Shown here: positions 9,702 through 19,583 of the stretch, one piece after another
How the letters are laid out: each line of letters starts with the position of its first letter
Position numbering within the stretch: the stretch's first letter is position 1
IMG/VR virus record: IMGVR_UViG_2778261638_000005
Span: 1 to 64,000 of that record
Source of the DNA: a virus
Taxonomy: Duplodnaviria; Heunggongvirae; Uroviricota; Caudoviricetes
Reading direction: 5' to 3' (one strand)
DNA: 64,000 nucleotides
The notes under the pieces: model-generated
Database searches by the model: none
What the model was told of the DNA's origin: nothing
Seen by the model: only the letters and a program-made list of their open reading frames with translations
Program-made: the position numbers and the translations under genes

Positions 9702-10241
9702 TTATCGACCGGTTGGAGTGCCAACAGCAGCAGAAATCGGCGCAGCCTTCTGAGAGAATGGGCTCCACGTTCCTCCGCCCATCTGGTATGCACCGTATGC
9801 TTTTAGTGGTGCCGTTAACAAAGTGCTGGTCATCGATGATTTAGCAGCCGACTGAGCAGCAGCCCCCTGTGCCTGAGCATTCATTCCCTGAACCTGATAC
9901 CCATATGCCTCACGCTGAGCATTATTCACTGTCGTTAACGCATCAAGAGTGCCGAACTGAGCATTATCCGCAAAAACGTCAAGAGCTGTTCCGCTACTTA
10001 ATTCCGCACCGGTAGCCCCCATAGTGGCCGCCGCAGTGCCTGAGCGTTGACGCATTTCACGACGACGCTGATCCGCTTCAATATTCCCACGATTGATTGA
10101 ATCCTGTGCCTGAGCTTCAGCAATTTCAGTATTCCGATCAGCTATGGCTGACTGGTATTTTGCCTGCTTGCTCTGGCTGTACATTGACGCGGCTGTGGAT
10201 GCCACTGTGACGGCAACCAAAGCGATGGCTGGGTTACACAT
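9702..10241 (-). CDS. Small internal virion protein (179 aa), T7 gp14-like position
   Basis: Hydrophobic N-terminus, Ala/Gln-rich; position after the tail tubular genes. Confidence 0.35.
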   Translation of the reverse strand: MCNPAIALVAVTVASTAASMYSQSKQAKYQSAIADRNTEIAEAQAQDSINRGNIEADQRRREMRQRSGTAAATMGATGAELSSGTALDVFADNAQFGTLDALTTVNNAQREAYGYQVQGMNAQAQGAAAQSAAKSSMTSTLLTAPLKAYGAYQMGGGTWSPFSQKAAPISAAVGTPTGR

Positions 10242-10705
10242 TATTTTCTCTCCATGTGAAATCTGTGGAAATTAAGACCAAGAGCACCATAAGGCGCGGC
10301 TTCTTCAAGCCTGAATCCAAGCCAGTGCAGCCATGCTTTGGCAACATGGTTTCGCTCGTCGACGTAGTTTTCCAGGCGCGGATAAACTGCCAGCATCTGC
10401 TGCAATACAGGGCGGCAGTGGCGAAGAAATGTCTTCTGATATTTTTCAATACGGCTGGTTCCGACCAGCCAGGGCGTACCATTGCCACCAATCATTGACG
10501 CCGGAGATACACCAAACATGGTTACCAGTTCTCCGTTTGCAAATCCTGACCAGGCCATGGTCGCAGTGCGCAGACCAACACGCAGCGCATCTTCGGTAGT
10601 CATCAGCGATACAGCATACAGTTCGTCAATATCAGCCTGACGAACATCCGGCAAAATCATCTGAAGATGCTCTTCGGTTGCGGGAATAATTTGAACATCG
10701 ATCAT
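10241..10705 (-). CDS. Virion assembly/internal protein (154 aa), T7 gp13-like position
   Basis: ATGA stop-start overlap with the upstream gene at 10705; position. Confidence 0.35.
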   Translation of the reverse strand: MIDVQIIPATEEHLQMILPDVRQADIDELYAVSLMTTEDALRVGLRTATMAWSGFANGELVTMFGVSPASMIGGNGTPWLVGTSRIEKYQKTFLRHCRPVLQQMLAVYPRLENYVDERNHVAKAWLHWLGFRLEEAAPYGALGLNFHRFHMERK

Positions 10706-13176
10706 CAGAATCCCCCAACAGTAAGGCGAGGAATAACGGCAAGAACAGACAGCGGCAACGGATCAAGCTGACGGATTTTTACACGTCCGTTTTTGCCCCA
10801 GTTACTGTCCAGTTTCACTTCTACTTTTCCGGTAGCGTCATCAACAGGATCATCGTAGAACTCGAATTCACGCTGTGGATATTCGTACCATTTACCGCCG
10901 GGAGTAGTCGCCCAGATGCCGCGACTGGCATTCACAACCAGAGTAACGGACGGGATCACCTGTTTTTTGTCCAGCAGCGTTTCCTGTCCGTTAATGTTGA
11001 TATCCAGTGTTTCGAATTCAGCAGTTATTGGCAGGCCGATGTGCACTACAGCCCCTGGTGATTCAAGCGTGACGGCACCTCCGGAAACTACTTTCTGTGG
11101 TTCCACGTTCGCATCAGAGAGGATGTTTACGGTCTGACCTTCAAGATGAGACAAGCCGCCAAATGCCCGGCGCGCCATCTGCCAGTTCGTGGTGGCCACA
11201 TTCCTGAGGGATGGCGGGACGTTCCTGTTAGCACGAACCACTACAGCGGTGTTGCTGGTTACAGAAATAATGTCGCAACGTAATTCTTTTGACACTTCAT
11301 CGCCAGTATCAGGATCAGTTCCGGTATAAGGGAACTGTAGTTGCGCACCGACATCACTACTGGTGAAGTACGCACCACCAGAAATACTGATTGTATATTC
11401 CGCGCGGTAATCCCATTCGCCAGAACCACCAGTGATGGTCATCGTTCTGTCAGACGTATTTCTTCCATCATAGCTAAGGCCAGAATCAACAAAGAAAGCA
11501 TCTTCATCGCTGGTAAATAAACGGCTGGACAGCCGCTCGATGTATCTCACTGTTTGCCCGTTAACGGTTCGGTTAACGACGAAATACACCGCATCTTCAT
11601 TGCCTTCGCTGATACTGCATGTGCTTTCATATTTTCCGGTACTGGATTGTGGTGCCCATGCAAAAACCTGCTGATCACGCAAATAGGTCATCACCAGTAA
11701 TTTACCGTCATCACGAATGCAGAAGGCGCTGGAGTAAGGGACAATAGAGAAGCACCAGTCAACAATGCTGTGCTTCTGAAAAAGATGATTGGCAAGGATG
11801 GTCAGGTCGTTCCCCTGATAGCCGTCAACATCGAATGAGTAGGCCAAATCACGGACAACACTGCCTTTCTCCTGGACGAACAGAGCAATATTCGCCACGG
11901 CAATTGGTGGGACATTGCTCGAGCCATTTGATCCCTGAGAGCTGAATGCAAATGATGATGGGGTTAACACTTTGTTCTGGTCGCCGGTGATGACGTACTC
12001 ACCTCCGGAAGTCAGTGCCACCAGCGAACCGACATCAATCAGGTGGCGGATCTCATTAACCTGACGCCCGGCATAGGTGTAGATAATTCTGTCGTCATCC
12101 TGCGTAGGATTGCTTTTGCCAAAATCCTTATAATCCCCGGTACGGCTGGCCCAGATAGTCTGAGGGAACGCAGTCGATGCGGCGAAGTAAAGACGTTGTT
12201 GATAATAAACAACAGTGCCAGGATAACCATTAACACTGTTCCAGGTATATTTAGCCCATTTATAGCTGGCATTATCCTCGCCAACTACCTGCGAAGGGAT
12301 ATAGGAAATCACCTCGGCAGTTGCAGTAGTTCCATTTGCAGCAGTGATACGGGCAATGCCAAAACCACTGTGCAGATATTCCCACTCAATGCCAGTATCA
12401 TCATCACCGGATCCGCCCCAGCCATCCCATGATGTGCCTTCTGTATGCGAAGGGCGCAAAGTACCTGTTTTGCCTGCTGTAACGGCGCGATAGTAGTTAC
12501 TGTCTGCACGGCGAATATCGCCAATCGACGTACTCTTACTGGTTTCCCATACCGGCACTGAATCCACTGCAGGCTGTTCCAGATAGAACAATTTTCCTAC
12601 CTGCTCCGCGCCAAAAATAGAGGCGCTTGCCGTTAACGTAATTGTCCCGGTGCTGGCGCTGGCATAAACCGTCACTGACTCGTCAATATTGATATCTTCA
12701 AATGGCCCGTTCTTCGTTACCACATCAACCAGTTGCCAGTTGTCATGAGCATATCGGCGCAACTCTTTCGGCGGGTATGCCGGGTGAACCAGCGTAAGCA
12801 CGTCGGCGCTTTGCGTGAATTTAATTCGGAACAGATCGGCTTCAGTATATGGCGTGGCAATTTCATAAATAACATTGCTGCTGTTCAGCACCAACGCACC
12901 ATCTTTGATAACGCGCATGTACTGGTGTCCGAACTCCAGAGCATAGGTCTGAACCGTCGAGAACTGGAACGGGATCAGGCGGCATTTCCGATTTGGGTAT
13001 TTGGCGGCACCGACAAAACGCGTACCAGGTCGATTCTCAACGCCGCCATACTGCCGCACGATAAAGTTATCGCACTTGCGCAATGCCACCTGGTACTTCG
13101 CCATGTCAATACGCCCGTACAACGACGGTCCAATCTCACCACCGGCAAAGCTGGGCTGGATCCAACTGATAGCCAT
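10705..13176 (-). CDS. Tail tubular protein B-like (823 aa)
   Basis: Size and position match T7 gp12-type nozzle protein immediately after the tubular-A-like gene. Confidence 0.5.
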   Translation of the reverse strand: MAISWIQPSFAGGEIGPSLYGRIDMAKYQVALRKCDNFIVRQYGGVENRPGTRFVGAAKYPNRKCRLIPFQFSTVQTYALEFGHQYMRVIKDGALVLNSSNVIYEIATPYTEADLFRIKFTQSADVLTLVHPAYPPKELRRYAHDNWQLVDVVTKNGPFEDINIDESVTVYASASTGTITLTASASIFGAEQVGKLFYLEQPAVDSVPVWETSKSTSIGDIRRADSNYYRAVTAGKTGTLRPSHTEGTSWDGWGGSGDDDTGIEWEYLHSGFGIARITAANGTTATAEVISYIPSQVVGEDNASYKWAKYTWNSVNGYPGTVVYYQQRLYFAASTAFPQTIWASRTGDYKDFGKSNPTQDDDRIIYTYAGRQVNEIRHLIDVGSLVALTSGGEYVITGDQNKVLTPSSFAFSSQGSNGSSNVPPIAVANIALFVQEKGSVVRDLAYSFDVDGYQGNDLTILANHLFQKHSIVDWCFSIVPYSSAFCIRDDGKLLVMTYLRDQQVFAWAPQSSTGKYESTCSISEGNEDAVYFVVNRTVNGQTVRYIERLSSRLFTSDEDAFFVDSGLSYDGRNTSDRTMTITGGSGEWDYRAEYTISISGGAYFTSSDVGAQLQFPYTGTDPDTGDEVSKELRCDIISVTSNTAVVVRANRNVPPSLRNVATTNWQMARRAFGGLSHLEGQTVNILSDANVEPQKVVSGGAVTLESPGAVVHIGLPITAEFETLDININGQETLLDKKQVIPSVTLVVNASRGIWATTPGGKWYEYPQREFEFYDDPVDDATGKVEVKLDSNWGKNGRVKIRQLDPLPLSVLAVIPRLTVGGF

Positions 13177-13781
13177 CAGGACAACCTCGCAATGGTAAAC
13201 TCATCAACCGGTGGCTGTGGTTCCTGTGATTCATTCTGGCTATGCGAGCCAGCACTAAGAATCACGCGATTGTACATATTGAGGGCAAACGTACCGAGGT
13301 CTGCATTCCCAGTCAGCGCCATGTTAATAGCTGCCGCAAGACGCCAGGCCAACGCCTCCATAAAAATGGCATCAAACATGTTCACATCTGTAACGCGAGA
13401 GACATACTTGAGCCATGCCTGAGGCTGGTCTGTGTAGATCAACTTTCCTGTTCCGTTGGTGTCTGCACCAACTTCGTACTGAACGCGCATTGCTGCTGTT
13501 GGATTGCGTACACCAGGAAGCATAATTTCAGTAATGCGCAGACAATCGGACGGGTACTGATACGCATATTCCCAGTCAGGCGGTGGATTGCTCGTATCTG
13601 CAAGCGACACGCGTTTGGTAGCAAAGTTCCAGTCAAAATCAGAAAGCACAGCATCACGGCAGGCCTCAAAGTGCAGCGAACATTCCCCCGCTTCCTTGCT
13701 GGCTTCCGTCAGGCTGTTAATGCTGCGGCTATTGCCAATATTGGACAGCGCACGATTGCAGATCTCTACTACAGAGGCCAT
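13176..13781 (-). CDS. Tail tubular protein A-like (201 aa)
   Basis: About 200 aa, N-terminal pattern NRALSNIGNS reminiscent of T7 gp11-family adaptor proteins; precedes the 823-aa gene. Confidence 0.5.
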   Translation of the reverse strand: MASVVEICNRALSNIGNSRSINSLTEASKEAGECSLHFEACRDAVLSDFDWNFATKRVSLADTSNPPPDWEYAYQYPSDCLRITEIMLPGVRNPTAAMRVQYEVGADTNGTGKLIYTDQPQAWLKYVSRVTDVNMFDAIFMEALAWRLAAAINMALTGNADLGTFALNMYNRVILSAGSHSQNESQEPQPPVDEFTIARLS

Positions 13782-14104
13782 TACTCACCCCCATTGCCGT
13801 ACAGGGTTTCAGCCGCTGATTTTTCTACATCCCCGGAAACAGGAGCGATCGCCATATCAGTGATCTGCAGATCGGCGCTGCGATTAACACCATCGTCAGT
13901 TTCTCTGGCAGACAGGCCTCGAATAACAGCCTTTGCAGTTATCATCACTTCTGTTCCGACGCCCTGAGGTTGCGCCTTCAGCTTATTCAATGTGTCGTTA
14001 TTAAGAGTGATGCACAGCCCCCACGGGTATTCATCGCGAGTTCTGGTTTCTCCGCTCTCATCCTGGTAGCTGTCAGTGCCGGTTTTGAGGTTTACGAGTT
14101 CCAT
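13781..14104 (-). CDS. Hypothetical virion protein (107 aa from ATG 14104; frame opens at GTG 14110)
   Basis: AGGAG RBS 6 nt upstream of ATG; in virion module. Confidence 0.4.
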   Translation of the reverse strand: MELVNLKTGTDSYQDESGETRTRDEYPWGLCITLNNDTLNKLKAQPQGVGTEVMITAKAVIRGLSARETDDGVNRSADLQITDMAIAPVSGDVEKSAAETLYGNGGE

Positions 14105-14116
14105 ATACACTCCTGC

Positions 14117-14137
14117 AATAAAGGGGCCGAAGCCCCT
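14117..14137 (-). terminator. Hairpin AGGGGC-UUCG-GCCCCU followed by U-rich tract (minus strand)
   Basis: 6-bp GC stem with UUCG tetraloop then TTATTGC on the minus strand, between the 114-aa and 107-aa genes. Confidence 0.45.
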
Positions 14138-14154
14138 TATCTGATTCGCGAGGC

Positions 14155-14499
14155 TTACACGCCCAGTTCTTTACGCTTATCTGCGATCTTCTCGCGGAGC
14201 GTTTCGGCTTTGGCGTTATGGTGTGGCTTCTCGTTAAAGAGCAATTCGTACTCTTCACGGAGCTTATCCAGTTCACCATCATCTGACACATCGTTGATGA
14301 TTTTGGTGCTGGTTGCTGCCATAGACACCTTTCCTGCTACCTTTGCTTTTGCCTGTCTGGCTGCATCGTTAACAGGTTCCAGTGCGCTACCAGGCTCACC
14401 TTCGTATTCGATTTCTGCCCCCTCCGGCCACAGTGTGTTATGGATATGAGAGAGGCGCAGAACGCGGTATCTTGGTTTCTCACCTGACATCGATATCAC
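14155..14499 (-). CDS. Hypothetical protein (114 aa)
   Basis: ORF in virion module, charged C-terminal half. Confidence 0.35.
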   Translation of the reverse strand: MISMSGEKPRYRVLRLSHIHNTLWPEGAEIEYEGEPGSALEPVNDAARQAKAKVAGKVSMAATSTKIINDVSDDGELDKLREEYELLFNEKPHHNAKAETLREKIADKRKELGV

Positions 14500-14500
14500 C

Positions 14501-14938
14501 TTAACCAGTTACTTTTGAGCGGATCGGATACGGCGTATTGGCATCAACATCAAGACTGATACCAGCAGTGAATTCGCCAGCCGTTAGTGGGCCAGTTGCG
14601 ACGGAGTAGTTAACACGCAGATATCGCTTAACACCGGCAGGCACCTTTGCAGAAACAATTCGTTTACCTGCTGTCAGGGCGGTCTTTGCCAGTGCGCCAC
14701 TATCATAAATAGTGGTCCATGAGCTGTTATTCTCACTCGTCTGCAACTGGATGTTTACAGTTGCATCACCGCTTGCCGCGGCGGCTGTGTTAACCAGCGC
14801 CCAAAACTCAAGCGGGTAACCCACGCCGATATCACGATGTTTTCCGTCAATTGGACCGAGATCGATTACGTCAGTAGAAGCCGCGGTATTCGTAACCGCC
14901 TGAGCTTCGGAGAACATCAACAGTTTGTCGGTGATCAT
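14501..14938 (-). CDS. Putative capsid decoration / head-associated protein (145 aa)
   Basis: Immediately downstream of major capsid gene; Thr/Ala/Ser-rich beta-type composition. Confidence 0.35.
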   Translation of the reverse strand: MITDKLLMFSEAQAVTNTAASTDVIDLGPIDGKHRDIGVGYPLEFWALVNTAAAASGDATVNIQLQTSENNSSWTTIYDSGALAKTALTAGKRIVSAKVPAGVKRYLRVNYSVATGPLTAGEFTAGISLDVDANTPYPIRSKVTG

Positions 14939-14953
14939 CTTCTTTCTCCATTA

Positions 14954-14973
14954 GTGGGTCTGTTACGACCCAC
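14954..14973 (-). other. Stable stem-loop GTGGGTC-N6-GACCCAC between capsid gene and next gene (possible processing or attenuation site)
   Basis: 7-bp stem, no U-tract; location analogous to the T7 post-gene-10 structure. Confidence 0.3.
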
Positions 14974-14989
14974 AGGTTAATAACAGGCG

Positions 14990-15982
14990 TTACACCACGC
15001 GGGCTTCTGTTTCCAGAAGCGCATCAGTTTCACGGATTGGTACACCACGGAATGAAGTCCACCACTCGCCTTCTGTCTCTTTTACGCTGATCGCCAGAGA
15101 TGTTTTCTCCAGAGATTGCAGATCAAGAGCCTGGCCTACAGTGCGGTTCATGTAGAACACTGGGCGCCCCATGCCACGGTTTGGAATGCGATGCAGTGCT
15201 TTAACCATCAACTTCGCAATATTTGCGGCAGAGGAAGGTTCTGAAAGATTGCTGACATCGATGTTTGCAATGCGAACGACATAACGCCAGTCACGCAGAG
15301 CAAGTCCGTTATCCCATTTGTAATGGGTACGGTAGCCTTCGTACTTGCCGCCATTAGCATCTTCCAGTGTCACTTGGCCTTTATCTTCCATCTGAATGCC
15401 AGCCTTCTGCCCTTTCGGGAAGATGCCATGCACGGTGTTTTCGCCCCACACCACTAACCAGATTGAGGTGTTATCTGTACCCGTGCCACCAGCATCAATG
15501 ATGTTCTGAGCATTACCCGCAGACAGGCTGGAATAGCGGGAGGACAGTCCCATAAACTGCTGAGGGTTAACGCTGGAATCACCATAAAACAGCGTCTGCG
15601 CCATCTGCTGATTCATCGCTTCAATAAATGCTCGGTCTTCAGACAGGCGGAATTCGGCGGTATTGCCGTTCAGATCAGCCAGTGACTTATCGACCTCAGC
15701 ATAGGTTTCCAGCATGCCAACGGAATCGGTGACCTGCACTGTGGTTGATTTGCTTGGCTGTACGCCATAGTTCAGCAAACGCCAGGTAGCTGAAGGTAAA
15801 CCAGAACGAATGGTGGTTCGGTGTCCGGTAGGAAGGTTCCCTTCGACAAAAGGCATATCCTGAAGGATCGGGTTAGTTTGACCGAGAAGCTCGATAATCT
15901 TATCGACTTTCCCGTTTGGATCGACGCGCTTACCCCAGTCAGCCAGCGTTAGCGCAGTTAAGCCTTTAACAGCCATTGTCAT
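14990..15982 (-). CDS. Major capsid protein (330 aa)
   Basis: Follows scaffold gene; size and composition typical of T7/epsilon15-type HK97-fold capsid proteins. Confidence 0.7.
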   Translation of the reverse strand: MTMAVKGLTALTLADWGKRVDPNGKVDKIIELLGQTNPILQDMPFVEGNLPTGHRTTIRSGLPSATWRLLNYGVQPSKSTTVQVTDSVGMLETYAEVDKSLADLNGNTAEFRLSEDRAFIEAMNQQMAQTLFYGDSSVNPQQFMGLSSRYSSLSAGNAQNIIDAGGTGTDNTSIWLVVWGENTVHGIFPKGQKAGIQMEDKGQVTLEDANGGKYEGYRTHYKWDNGLALRDWRYVVRIANIDVSNLSEPSSAANIAKLMVKALHRIPNRGMGRPVFYMNRTVGQALDLQSLEKTSLAISVKETEGEWWTSFRGVPIRETDALLETEARVV

Positions 15983-15990
15983 TTCCTCTC

Positions 15991-16692
15991 TTATTTGCCA
16001 TAGAGCACTTCGGCCGCACTACGCTGGCCTTCATTACCACCGGTGACCATGCCATCTTCAGACATCGCCTTTCCGATTTTCACGAACGTTTTGACCAGAT
16101 CAGGGTGATTACCCAGCCCGGTGGCGTTCAGATACTCTTTGAGTTCAGGTGTCCCGAACTGGTCAAGCGCACGCTGTGCGGCGCTAAGGTTAGAAATCAA
16201 CTTGTCGCCACCGATTTCTTTGTCAGCTTTTACATCCGCAGCCCACTGCTCGGTTGTTTTCTGCCAGGCTTCTGCCTGGCGCTGCTGAACACCTGCCAGA
16301 ATCTTCGGATAAGCATCAACCAGCTTTTGCGCTTGCTCGTTGGTCAGGTTAAGTTCTCGCGCCACCGGCTCGAATTCCTTCAACGCTTCTGTATCCAGCT
16401 CTACGCCTTCGGCAGCCTGAAACTCGTACTTCTCAGGCGCACCCTCCGGTTTATCGCCGTCCTTTTTTTCACCCTGCTTATCGCTTTCAGGCTTTTTGTC
16501 ATCAGCAGGTTTATCGCCATCAGCAACAGGTTGTGTCTTATCACCTTCCTGTTGTGATGGATCACCAACTGGAGCAGGGTTATCACCTGCAGGCGCTGAC
16601 GGTTCTGACGCAGCCGGAGCTGCTCCACCATCGACTGGTTGCTCATTGCAAAGACGGCGATACAGCAAACGCTCAAATAAATTCATGATCAC
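15991..16692 (-). CDS. Scaffolding protein (233 aa)
   Basis: Highly acidic, Pro/Ala/Glu/Lys-rich low-complexity N-half and helical C-half; between portal and capsid. Confidence 0.6.
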   Translation of the reverse strand: MIMNLFERLLYRRLCNEQPVDGGAAPAASEPSAPAGDNPAPVGDPSQQEGDKTQPVADGDKPADDKKPESDKQGEKKDGDKPEGAPEKYEFQAAEGVELDTEALKEFEPVARELNLTNEQAQKLVDAYPKILAGVQQRQAEAWQKTTEQWAADVKADKEIGGDKLISNLSAAQRALDQFGTPELKEYLNATGLGNHPDLVKTFVKIGKAMSEDGMVTGGNEGQRSAAEVLYGK

Positions 16693-16985
16693 TCCTGTTC
16701 ACTGGCCTCTTTGGCCATCTTCAAATACTGTTCAGGGCAATGCGCCATAACGCGCTGAAACAGTTCCAGCGCCAGATTGCGTTGCCCCTCATTAAATGCC
16801 ATTGCCATAGCGTCCATCGGTGAGATAGCGGAAAACACACGGCCTTTCTCCAGCACCGACCAGACAACGCGACGCCCCTGTTCACTGCTCATGACAAAGC
16901 GAATGTCATCAATTTCACGCTGCGCCATGTCACGTTGCTTACGGGCGTTTTCTTCTTTCAGTTGATCGTCTTCGTAATCTGTCAT
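16689..16985 (-). CDS. Hypothetical protein (98 aa)
   Basis: ORF translationally coupled between portal and scaffold genes. Confidence 0.4.
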   Translation of the reverse strand: MTDYEDDQLKEENARKQRDMAQREIDDIRFVMSSEQGRRVVWSVLEKGRVFSAISPMDAMAMAFNEGQRNLALELFQRVMAHCPEQYLKMAKEASEQE

Positions 16986-18661
16986 TGTGATTGCCCACCC
17001 TGACCACTAACTGCATTCGCCATAGCTGACAAAACACTCGGATCCGAAGTTTTAGCTTCGCTTAGCGTCTTGGCACCCTGTGCCGCCGCCATCCCCATCG
17101 CCATCATTTGTTGCTGCTGTTGTTGCTGTGCCCGTTGCTGGCGAGTCTGCTCAACCTGTTCCTGCGGAACAATGACGGTTGGAGACACTCCGGACATATC
17201 AGCGAATGCATCGATCGCCTGATCAACGTTGAGTTTGTCGAGAGCTTCTGGTTTCGCTTGCGCAAGTTGACCAATGAAGTTGACCGTAGACGCCAGACTG
17301 GACAGGCCGATAGACTTCTGCGCCTGAGCCATGACGGAAATGTATTCGACCTTCAGGGGCATACCTTCCATCGCGTCAGGCGGTGGCGGCAGCATTTTTT
17401 TACGCACCATCATCGAGAAAGCGCGGTCAATGAGAGGATTAAGACATTCGTCGTTCAGACGCTCCAGAACCGGCCCCAACATCAGAAGTTTTTCTTCTTT
17501 CATTTCGATCACCGCTTCAACAGGCATCGAGCGGGTATTGATGTTCTGCAACATCATGAACAGATCGACAAAGTAGGCGCTGTTAATGATTTGGCGAGTG
17601 TCCTGAATGTCTGCTACCAGATCTGCTGTACTGGGGTTAACCAGATAAGCAGGCCTGAAACCATCCTGACCAGTAATCTGATCGATATACGTGATGTCGC
17701 CAGGAAGAAGGGAGGCGCGCTGATTCTTGAGGGAAGTCGGAGCAACCATCGGCGGATTGGTGGCTTTATCAATCAACTGCGACTTGCGCTTCTGGAGAAG
17801 CTGCAATGCCTTAACAGGTCCAAGCGCCAGCATACCCGGGCATGATGATCCATAAACATCTTCGCCGTTAACTTCCCAGCGCGGAGCCATAATTGGAAAC
17901 TCATCGAATCCGGACTCACGCAACAACTTGTCGTTATCGCCACCAACCTCGTAATAAACCGATTTGAATGGCTTGTTCTTGCTATCCAGCTTCGATGTAT
18001 CGCGGTCAATGTTCGGGTAAACCGAATGCATCACTTCAATCCACTTCTCGTAGGTGCCGCTTTCCCACATGCTTTTTACGGATTCGCTGACGTTATTTAG
18101 CCCGAACTCCTGAACAAGCTGACGAACAGTCATAGAGAACTTGCGAAAACAGGTGTCCACACTGCCACGAGGTGAGTTAGCCAGGTAGTAACTGCCTATC
18201 GGGAATGGCATTGTGCGAATGATGTCCTCGTCATCCTCCAGCACTGCCATTGCACCAGTGCTGTATGTGCCGAGGCTTCCGTATAACTGCGGCAGAGACT
18301 GATAGAGATTCGACTTATTGAACATATCGTTCATGCGGTTCTGCACCGCCTCAAGCCACAACTTAACAGGGCCATAATCCATCATTTCAGGATCTGGCGT
18401 AGCCAGGCGAAACCACGGACGCGCGGGGCTTGTGATGCCTGACATCATGCCGCTGGCGAGAGTGCGCGCCGCCATAGTCCCGGTCGAATCAATAATGCGT
18501 GTATTGCGTCGATCGTTACGGTTGACCTCAGAAGTCAGAAAGCGGGAACCACGCGGGTTGATGTAATCACTCAACTCGCGCCAGTGCGGCTCGAACGACT
18601 GACGCTCGCTTTCAAGTTGTGCGAACTGTTTGTTCAATCGCTCTTTAGTTGTTTCCGCCAT
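16982..18661 (-). CDS. Portal (head-to-tail connector) protein (559 aa)
   Basis: Size and position upstream of scaffold/capsid; Gln-rich C-terminal tail typical of T7-type portals. Confidence 0.7.
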   Translation of the reverse strand: MAETTKERLNKQFAQLESERQSFEPHWRELSDYINPRGSRFLTSEVNRNDRRNTRIIDSTGTMAARTLASGMMSGITSPARPWFRLATPDPEMMDYGPVKLWLEAVQNRMNDMFNKSNLYQSLPQLYGSLGTYSTGAMAVLEDDEDIIRTMPFPIGSYYLANSPRGSVDTCFRKFSMTVRQLVQEFGLNNVSESVKSMWESGTYEKWIEVMHSVYPNIDRDTSKLDSKNKPFKSVYYEVGGDNDKLLRESGFDEFPIMAPRWEVNGEDVYGSSCPGMLALGPVKALQLLQKRKSQLIDKATNPPMVAPTSLKNQRASLLPGDITYIDQITGQDGFRPAYLVNPSTADLVADIQDTRQIINSAYFVDLFMMLQNINTRSMPVEAVIEMKEEKLLMLGPVLERLNDECLNPLIDRAFSMMVRKKMLPPPPDAMEGMPLKVEYISVMAQAQKSIGLSSLASTVNFIGQLAQAKPEALDKLNVDQAIDAFADMSGVSPTVIVPQEQVEQTRQQRAQQQQQQQMMAMGMAAAQGAKTLSEAKTSDPSVLSAMANAVSGQGGQSQ

Positions 18662-18675
18662 TTCAATGACTCCGG

Positions 18676-18882
18676 TTACTGACCAAGTAGCGTTTTACCG
18701 CTGGTATTAGCGGTTGATGTGTCGCCCTGAGAACCGGTAAGCAGCGTAGAACTACGACCAGCAGCAGCGCGACGGCGACGAGTTTCTTCGTCGCGGGCAT
18801 CAACAACGGCGGCATCCTGCTCCTGTGGTGCTGCCTGAACTTCTGGTGTTGCAGGCACTGATGGTGAGCTACCCATGCACAT
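18676..18882 (-). CDS. Small hypothetical protein (68 aa), low-complexity
   Basis: ORF just upstream of portal gene; may not be real. Confidence 0.25.
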   Translation of the reverse strand: MCMGSSPSVPATPEVQAAPQEQDAAVVDARDEETRRRRAAAGRSSTLLTGSQGDTSTANTSGKTLLGQ

Positions 18883-18972
18883 ATCAATGACTCCGTACGC
18901 AATTAAATTATTACCAATTTAACCACATATGATTTATTTATCGTAGTCGGTTGACATTTAACGCACGAATTA

Positions 18973-18987
18973 TTACCTTTCAGGTAA
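18973..18987. promoter_or_regulatory. Palindrome TTACCTTTCAGGTAA, second copy of the regulatory cassette (upstream of portal-region genes)
   Basis: Identical 15-mer to 2354..2368; nearby CATATGTGGTTAAATTGGTAA element at 18911..18931. Confidence 0.5.
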
Positions 18988-19309
18988 CCAAAAAGTTCAT
19001 TCCGGTTACTAACCTGACTGGCTTGTCGTTAAATTGAACAGGTGGAGTGAGCTTTTATTTTGAGCAGTACGGCGTATGGCACATGCGCCGATAGCGGCCT
19101 GGATACGTTTAAGGGGCACCCTCCCTTGCTCGGGCAAACGAACCAGGTAGCCGGAATGTGCAAGTCGAGCGGTTTTATTCCGCGCACGGGGATTCACCAT
19201 CCCGGCGATTCGGTGTGACGCCTCGGAAGAGACGAGGGTACAACGATGAGAGCATTTATGGAGCCGCGACAAAGTGTGGTGCCTTAACAGGCTAAGTGCT
19301 CTCAGCGTT

Positions 19310-19386
19310 GTGGCATTAGCTCAGTCGGACAGAGCAACCGCCTTCTAAGCGGTTGGTCGCAGGTTCGAATCCTGCATGCCACGCCA
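19310..19386 (+). tRNA. tRNA-Arg (anticodon UCU), phage-encoded
   Basis: Cloverleaf by eye: acceptor GTGGCAT/ATGCCAC, D-arm GCTCAGTCGGACAGAGC, anticodon arm ACCGC-CTTCTAA-GCGGT, T-arm GCAGG-TTCGAATC-CTGC, 3' GCCA. Confidence 0.85.
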
Positions 19387-19548
19387 GAATCACGCCTAAG
19401 GACCGTGATGCCAGAAGTTCCAGTGCTTGGCGGTGATGGTTTCCCTTGAAGGACTATCACCGCACTTTTTACAGCAGGACGCCATTGCGATGACTTCATG
19501 CTGTAAACCCGTACAGCCACGGAAGGAAGAACTCATTGCTTCCAGTTC

Positions 19549-19572
19549 GCCCGGTTCGCCGGGCATTTTTTT
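19549..19572 (+). terminator. Intrinsic terminator GCCCGG-UUCG-CCGGGC + U7 downstream of tRNA, 12 nt upstream of the Gp49-like start
   Basis: GC stem, UUCG loop, run of 7 T. Confidence 0.6.
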
Positions 19573-19583
19573 AAGGTGAGATT

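Noticed and set aside
19040-19300. Possible second tRNA or structured RNA upstream of tRNA-Arg
   Set aside because: No cloverleaf with a GTTCGAATC-type T-loop could be folded by eye; left as unexplained noncoding sequence
19009-19520. Minus-strand ORFs of 87 and 72 aa
   Set aside because: One overlaps the tRNA-Arg gene on the opposite strand and the other has non-protein-like composition in a noncoding region
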